A DNA stretch of 54,842 nucleotides from the NCBI RefSeq assembly GCF_001194135.2, contig NC_068983.1, positions 6,840,551 through 6,895,392 on the forward strand. The letters are read 5' to 3'. This stretch comes from Octopus bimaculoides. Taxonomy: Eukaryota. Below, in pieces: positions 49,723 through 54,842 of the stretch (positions are counted from its first letter, which is position 1; every line of letters begins with the position of its first letter). The notes under the pieces were generated by a model. The model was not told the DNA's origin. It did no database searches and worked only from the letters and a program-made list of their open reading frames with translations. The translations under genes were made by a program, and so were the position numbers.

Positions 49723-50303
49723 TTCCAGGCTCAGTCCCACTGTGTGGCATCTTGGGCGAGTGTCTTCTGCCATAACCCCGGGCCGACCAAGCGGTACGGA
49801 GCCAACATAAAACGTCAATGGAGGTTTATAAGCCTTATAAATTCACTCTGACACTTCCCACAGATATTGTGTTGTTGAAGTAGGCGTTGGTTAATGCAGT
49901 GCAGTCGCCTGGATGTTCTGAGTTCAATCCCAGGCAAGGCATTAAGGTGAATCACAAGACATCTGAAGAAGGCTGGAGCGTACAAAGCCAAAACAGAGTG
50001 GTGACCTCATCTTGGTTTTTGTTTCCCACTATGTTTTGGCTTGTACGCTCCAACCTTCTTCAGGAGTCTTGTGATTCACCTTAGCGCCTTGCCTGGGATT
50101 GAACTCAGGACATCCAGGCGACTGCTCTGCATTAACCAACGCCTATGTTCGCAACACAATGTCTGTGGGAAGTGCCAGAGTGAATTTATAAGGCTTATAA
50201 ACCTCCATTGACGTTTTATGTCGGCTCCGTACCGCTTGGTCGGCCCGGGGTTATGGCAGAAGACACTCGCCCAAGATGCCACACAGTGGGACTGAGCCTG
50301 GAA
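49723..50303. repeat. Long inverted repeat: arms 49723-50001 and 50026-50303, 24-nt spacer
   Basis: Base-by-base comparison gives roughly 15-17 differences in ~279 bp (about 94%). Confidence 0.98.
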
Positions 50304-50349
50304 CCATTATGGGTGGAATGCAAGCTTCTTGCCACATAGCTACACTTGT

Positions 50350-50700
50350 GCTTAATGTGAAGGTTCATGTACATCGTTATCAGTTAAAATGGAGCGGGCA
50401 CCTTGTAAGATGGAACGATAAATATGATAATACATACATCCCGAAGCGATTGCATTACAGTTTTGCTATGCGAAGTTTAAGCACCTAACATACTTTTCAA
50501 GGGTTATGTTTGTATTTTACTGACTGTCTTTAATTACCTCAACAGGAAACTGGGAATCTACGGAATGTAAGAAAACAAGTTGAAGAGCAATAATTTTAGT
50601 CGTAAAGTTATGGCGTATGAAGACGTGAAGGTGAGACGTGCTGCCACGAAAAGGGAGGCAGCGGCAGAACATCTAGTTTACCATAATTTTGAATTCTTGT
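50350..50700 (+). mobile_element. RTE-type LINE 3' relic
   Basis: HRYQLKWSGHLVRWND...IPKRLHY (QLRWAGHVVRM...PKQLLY motif); NWES; YEDVKVRRAATKRE. Confidence 0.65.
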
Positions 50701-50819
50701 AAACGTGCGACTTCTGCGTGAATTAGGAAACGGTGGCAAGTGCAATTTTGTAAATAGAATTATATGCTTTCACCGTATATTGACCATAGAAAGTAGTTTA
50801 ATATTAGATATATATAAAG

Positions 50820-51015
50820 GCGGCGAGCTGTCGGAAACGTTTAGCGGCATTTCGTCTGTCATAAGGTTCTGAGTTCAAATTCTGCCGCGGTCAACTTTGC
50901 CTTTAATCCTTTCGGGGTCGATAAATTAAGTACCAGTTGCGTAATGGTTCGATCTAATCGACTGCCCCCCCCCTCCCTAAAAATTTCGGACCTTGCGCCT
51001 AGAGGAGAAAAGAAT
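50820..51015 (+). mobile_element. SINE family B (tail type 2)
   Basis: ggcggcgagctg head through ccttgcgcctagaggagaaaag. Confidence 0.88.
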
Positions 51016-51304
51016 ATGAGATATATACACCTATAACNNNNNNNNNNNNNNNNNNNNNNNNNNNNNNNNNNNNNNNNNNNNNNNNNNNNNNNNNNNNNNN
51101 NATAACGGGGAAAAAATGCGCATTAGTACGCGTGGGAATCGAACTCACATCTCTTTCCTACGTCAACTAATGCCCATTTTAAAAATTTTCTATGACAGGG
51201 GTTTATTTGTGAGTCCTTGTTTTTGGGGTTTTTTTGGGGTTTTTTTTCTATTTTTTTTTTGTGCAAGCCGGCCTTTTAAATTATGAGACCAGGAGCCATA
51301 TTCT

Positions 51305-51505
51305 GGGACAAAGCCAGCAATTTCTTAGGGGAGGGTTTGGTCGATTACATCAACTCCAGTGTTCAACTGGGACTTAATTTATCAACCCCGAAAGGATGAA
51401 AGGCAAAATAGCACCTCGGTGGAATCTGAACTCAGAATTTAAAAACGGACGAAACGCCGATAAGTATTTTGTTCGGCGTGCTAATGACTCTACTAGCGCG
51501 CCGCC
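51305..51505 (-). mobile_element. SINE family B, diverged
   Basis: cccgaaaggatgaaaggcaaa...gaactcagaa...ggcgtgctaatgactct. Confidence 0.8.
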
Positions 51506-51557
51506 CTACTACGTGCCAGATATTGAGAATTAATGAAGGGTTTCATCATGATCGTAA

Positions 51558-51770
51558 AGGTTCATTGCTTAGTGGTTAGGATGTTGCGCTCACGATCTTG
51601 CAATCGTGGTTTTGGTCCATACGTTGTGTTCTTTAGCGAAACGATTTATTTTACGTTGCTCCGGGTTTACCAGTTGTAAACGAGCAACCCTGCAACCAGC
51701 CGGTGTCCCGTTCAGAGAAATTGTTGTGATCTCGGTCACTTATATGCCATAGAAACCGAGTAAAGAGTCC
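51558..51770 (+). mobile_element. SINE family D
   Basis: ttgcttagtggttagg head; tttacgttgctcc; accctgcaaccagccggtgtcccgttcag; gccatagaaaccg. Confidence 0.7.
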
Positions 51771-51787
51771 TAGAGCTCGAGGTAGTA

Positions 51788-52170
51788 ATTCTTTTATTCT
51801 TTTACTTGTTTCAGTCATTTGACTGTGTCCATGCTGGAGCACTGCCTAGAAGACTTCTTTCTTGTTTTTAGTCGAACAAATCGACCCTAGGTCTTATTCT
51901 TTGTAAGCCTAGTACTTATTCCGTTAAGTTACGGAGACGTAAACACTCCAACATGTCACGCGATGGTGGTGGTGGGGGAGGGGGTAAACACAGACACAAA
52001 GACACACACACATATATACACACGCATACACACGCACGCACGCGCACACATTGTATATGACAGGTTTCTTTCAGTTTCCGTTTACCAATTTCCCTCGCAA
52101 ATCTTTGGTCGGTCCGAGGCTGTAGAAGACTTTGCTCAAGGTGCTACGCAGTGGGACTGAACCCGGAAAT
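51788..52170 (-). mobile_element. SINE family A, 5'-truncated
   Basis: tttacttgtttcagtcatttgactgtgtccatgctggagcac...gcagtgggactgaacccgg. Confidence 0.88.
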
Positions 52171-53053
52171 CAGGATCATGTCGTTGATCCATCCAAAATG
52201 CAGATAAGCAACTACAACAATAATTTGAGCGCTCTGCTTGCTAGAAATAATAACAAAATCTTTGAATTGTCTTCATGAGAAGAAGGCACATTGGATAATT
52301 CGTCTGAATATGTACATATAGTTTCTGATGATAAACGTTAATACGGAATGGTCATGGCCAGATCGCTTTTAACCATAGGTATGCTGGATCAGGGATGGTT
52401 TAGGGTTAAACAATCAAAACCCTCGATTAAATTGATTTGAGTGAATGAACGAAAGTACCAGACTGATGAAGCATGAATGATGGTATTTTATTTTAAGTGG
52501 GGTGGGGGGGGGTGATTAGTCACGTTCCCATATTTACAGTAAATCTATCCTCGTTTATCGTTGTTTCAGTCATCACTGATCCAAGATAACATGCTCAATT
52601 GTGAATCGTGTTACGCATATTACGAACTCATTTGTGATAAATCGGTCAGTCAAATATTCCGCTCAGACTCCAGAATCGTGCTCCAGCGACCATGTACAAT
52701 GCTCAGATACCCATAATGCATTGATAATCGCTCGTGTCTACGTCACTGTGCTACGAGTCTACATGTTTAATATTTGGACTAACACAAACGTACGTATCAA
52801 CATATTTTTCACTGTTATGTTTGTTATTATTCACTGATCATACCAAATTTTGCTCTGAATATTATGCCAGCAATGAATCAATATTATTATGTGTGCTTTA
52901 AAACTGTCTGGGGATATTGTGTAGGCTGGAGTACAACTTAGGGGTGACAGAATCAAAATAATTCTTTCCCCGTCATTTATCATTGGTTCATTTAACACAG
53001 TGTTGTTGAGGAACAAAACAGCTGTGATAAACGAAGATATAGGAATTTAAGTT

Positions 53054-53258
53054 GTGAGGGCGCATAACTCAGTAGTTAGCGAGCTAGGTTCCCAATCGTG
53101 AGGTGGTGAGTTCGATTCCCGGACCGGGCTGTGTGTTGTATTCTTGAACAAGACACTTTATTTTTTCCTGTTGCGCCAGTTCACTTTGCTGCAGAAAAGA
53201 GTTGCAACCTCACTGGTGCCAAGCTGTATCAGCCTTTGCCTTTCCTTTGGATAACATG
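53054..53258 (+). mobile_element. SINE family D-like head and body
   Basis: gtgagggcgcataactcagtagttag...gagttcgattcccggaccggg...ttgaacaagacacttta. Confidence 0.7.
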
Positions 53259-53407
53259 TGGTTGGGAAGCAACCTTCTTACTACATAGCCACGCCTGCAC
53301 CTATCTGTGGAGTTTCCATAGAAACCTTACTTCAATCATTCGGAATCGTGTTTACTTGAACAGCTCAGGCTATTTATGTTATTTTGCTGGGGACTGTGAA
53401 GTAGCTT

Positions 53408-53885
53408 AGACCCCGACCACCTCTGATTAAGCTATCCTATGATCAAAACTATTCCACCCATGGCCTTCCTGTCTATTCAGTGCGTCATTTTTTAAAGACG
53501 GTAAAGAGTGATATGGTGGAGGTGCAATGGCCCAGTGGTTAGGGCAACGGACTCGCGGTCGGAGGATCGCGGTTTCGAATCCCAGACCGGGCGTTGTGAG
53601 TGTTTATTGAGCGAAAACACCTAAAGCTCCACGTGGCTCCGGCAGGGGATGGTGGCGAACCCTGTTGTACTCTTTCGCCCCAACTTTCTCTCATTCTTTC
53701 TTCCTGTTTCTTCAGTATCGTTGCTATGGACTGGCGTCCCGTCCAGCTGGGGGGAACGCATACGCCATAGAAACCGGGAAACTGGGTCCATGAGCCTGGC
53801 TAGGCTTTAAAAGGGCGGGAAAAAAAGAGTGATATGAAGATATTTAGGTTGCTTTTTCTAGCAGCCGAACGTCCACGTAGAGGCC
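53408..53885 (+). mobile_element. Dispersed repeat family E, split by the C2 SINE
   Basis: ctatgatcaaa...ccatg(a)cc and gctatttctagcag...cgtagaggc segments recur at ~33500, 34340, 34810, 41700-41870, 42420-42545, 47760 and, reversed, ~370 and 52240-52410. Confidence 0.65.
53516..53823 (+). mobile_element. SINE family C2 with 13-bp TSD
   Basis: TSD aaagagtgatatg at 53503-53515 and 53824-53836; same tail as 15055-15378. Confidence 0.93.
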
Positions 53886-54119
53886 TTTCTCTGTGAAGCT
53901 GCACAGAAGAGAAGTGTGATGTGTGTAAGTCTTCGGACTGGAATTGTCATCAACATTCACTCAGGATGCAAGGGGATGGTTATAACCCCTTAATTTCTCC
54001 ACTCGTAACCTCAGGGAAGTTTTTTTTAAAGGATTCGCAGTCTACGAAGTTGATCTTTATTGCAATCTGTTTGAAAAATCTATTTTAAGAAAAAAAAAAA
54101 GAACAAAAAAAAAACATGA

Positions 54120-54640
54120 GTGGGTGTAGTGGTAATGATAAGGATGACGATGATGATGGCTGTGGTGGAGGTGGCGTGGTTGGTATGGTAGATGATGGTC
54201 ATAGTAACGAAGTGACGGCGGTGATGGTGGTAATGATAATGATGATGATGACGATGATGGTTATAGGGAAGAAAATGAGGTTCATGGTATGATAGCAGTG
54301 GTGGTGATAGTGGCGGTGGCGGTGGTGGTGGTGGCGGCGGTGATGGAGGTGGTGGTTGTGGTGGTGGTGGTGATGATGGAGGTAGCGGTGATAGTGGCGG
54401 CAGTGGTGTTGGTGCTTGCTAGTCATTTGGGAGTTGATGATGATGATGATGATGATGATGATGCTGAAGGTGGGGGAATGGGGAAGAGGAGGAAGTTGAT
54501 TGATGATGATGTTGAAATAGCGGAACGTGGTGTTTCGTTTACCAGCACAAAACAGGTTCGCTCAGTGTTGTTGTTGCTGTTGTTACTGCTGCTGCTGCTG
54601 CTGGTGTTACTGTTGTTGATGATGATGATGATGATAATGG
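54120..54640. repeat. Mixed trinucleotide low-complexity tract (GAT, GGT, CTG, TTG)
   Basis: Visible; yields poly-V/D/L/H/S pseudo-ORFs. Confidence 0.9.
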
Positions 54641-54781
54641 TGTTTGACAGAACAAACATATTTCATTCATGTCTGCCGTTCATGTATATCTCTTCAGTTT
54701 CACCTCTTCATTTTCACTGATCTGTGTGCCACATCAATTACTCAGACTAACCTATATATATATGTGTGTGTATATATGTAT

Positions 54782-54842
<61 letters not shown>

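Noticed and set aside
52454-52480. CTGATGA hammerhead core word
   Set aside because: No stem II or GAAA follows.
54289-54720. 143-aa ORF with poly-V, poly-D and poly-L segments resembling a membrane protein
   Set aside because: Built entirely from trinucleotide repeats that are open in several frames on both strands.

Overview
Repeat-dominated animal genomic DNA from a gapped draft assembly (many N runs; abundant AT, AC, AG, TATC and GAT microsatellites). The SINE families and microsatellite load point to an octopus or other coleoid cephalopod; this is recognition from memory, not a database result. I find no confidently identifiable host gene, rRNA, true tRNA or CRISPR array, and almost all of the supplied ORF track is microsatellite translation. 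Supported content: four tRNA-headed SINE families (labelled here A, B, C, D), several with clean TSDs and nested insertions; three mariner relics; a ~1.5 kb Penelope-like RT + GIY-YIG relic; R4/Dong-like, HERO-like, RTE and CR1 non-LTR relics; two foldback/MITE-like elements; and several minisatellites. Most notable: (1) a ~580 bp near-perfect palindrome (49723-50303) whose arms carry a tRNA-like box A/B followed by a degenerate hammerhead-like motif; (2) a minimal hammerhead-like motif at 780-816; (3) SINEs with swapped 3' tails, including a chimeric subfamily (C2) seen twice with its own TSDs; (4) a speculative, phase-consistent minus-strand gene model at 1187-2021 with a possible mutually exclusive exon pair.
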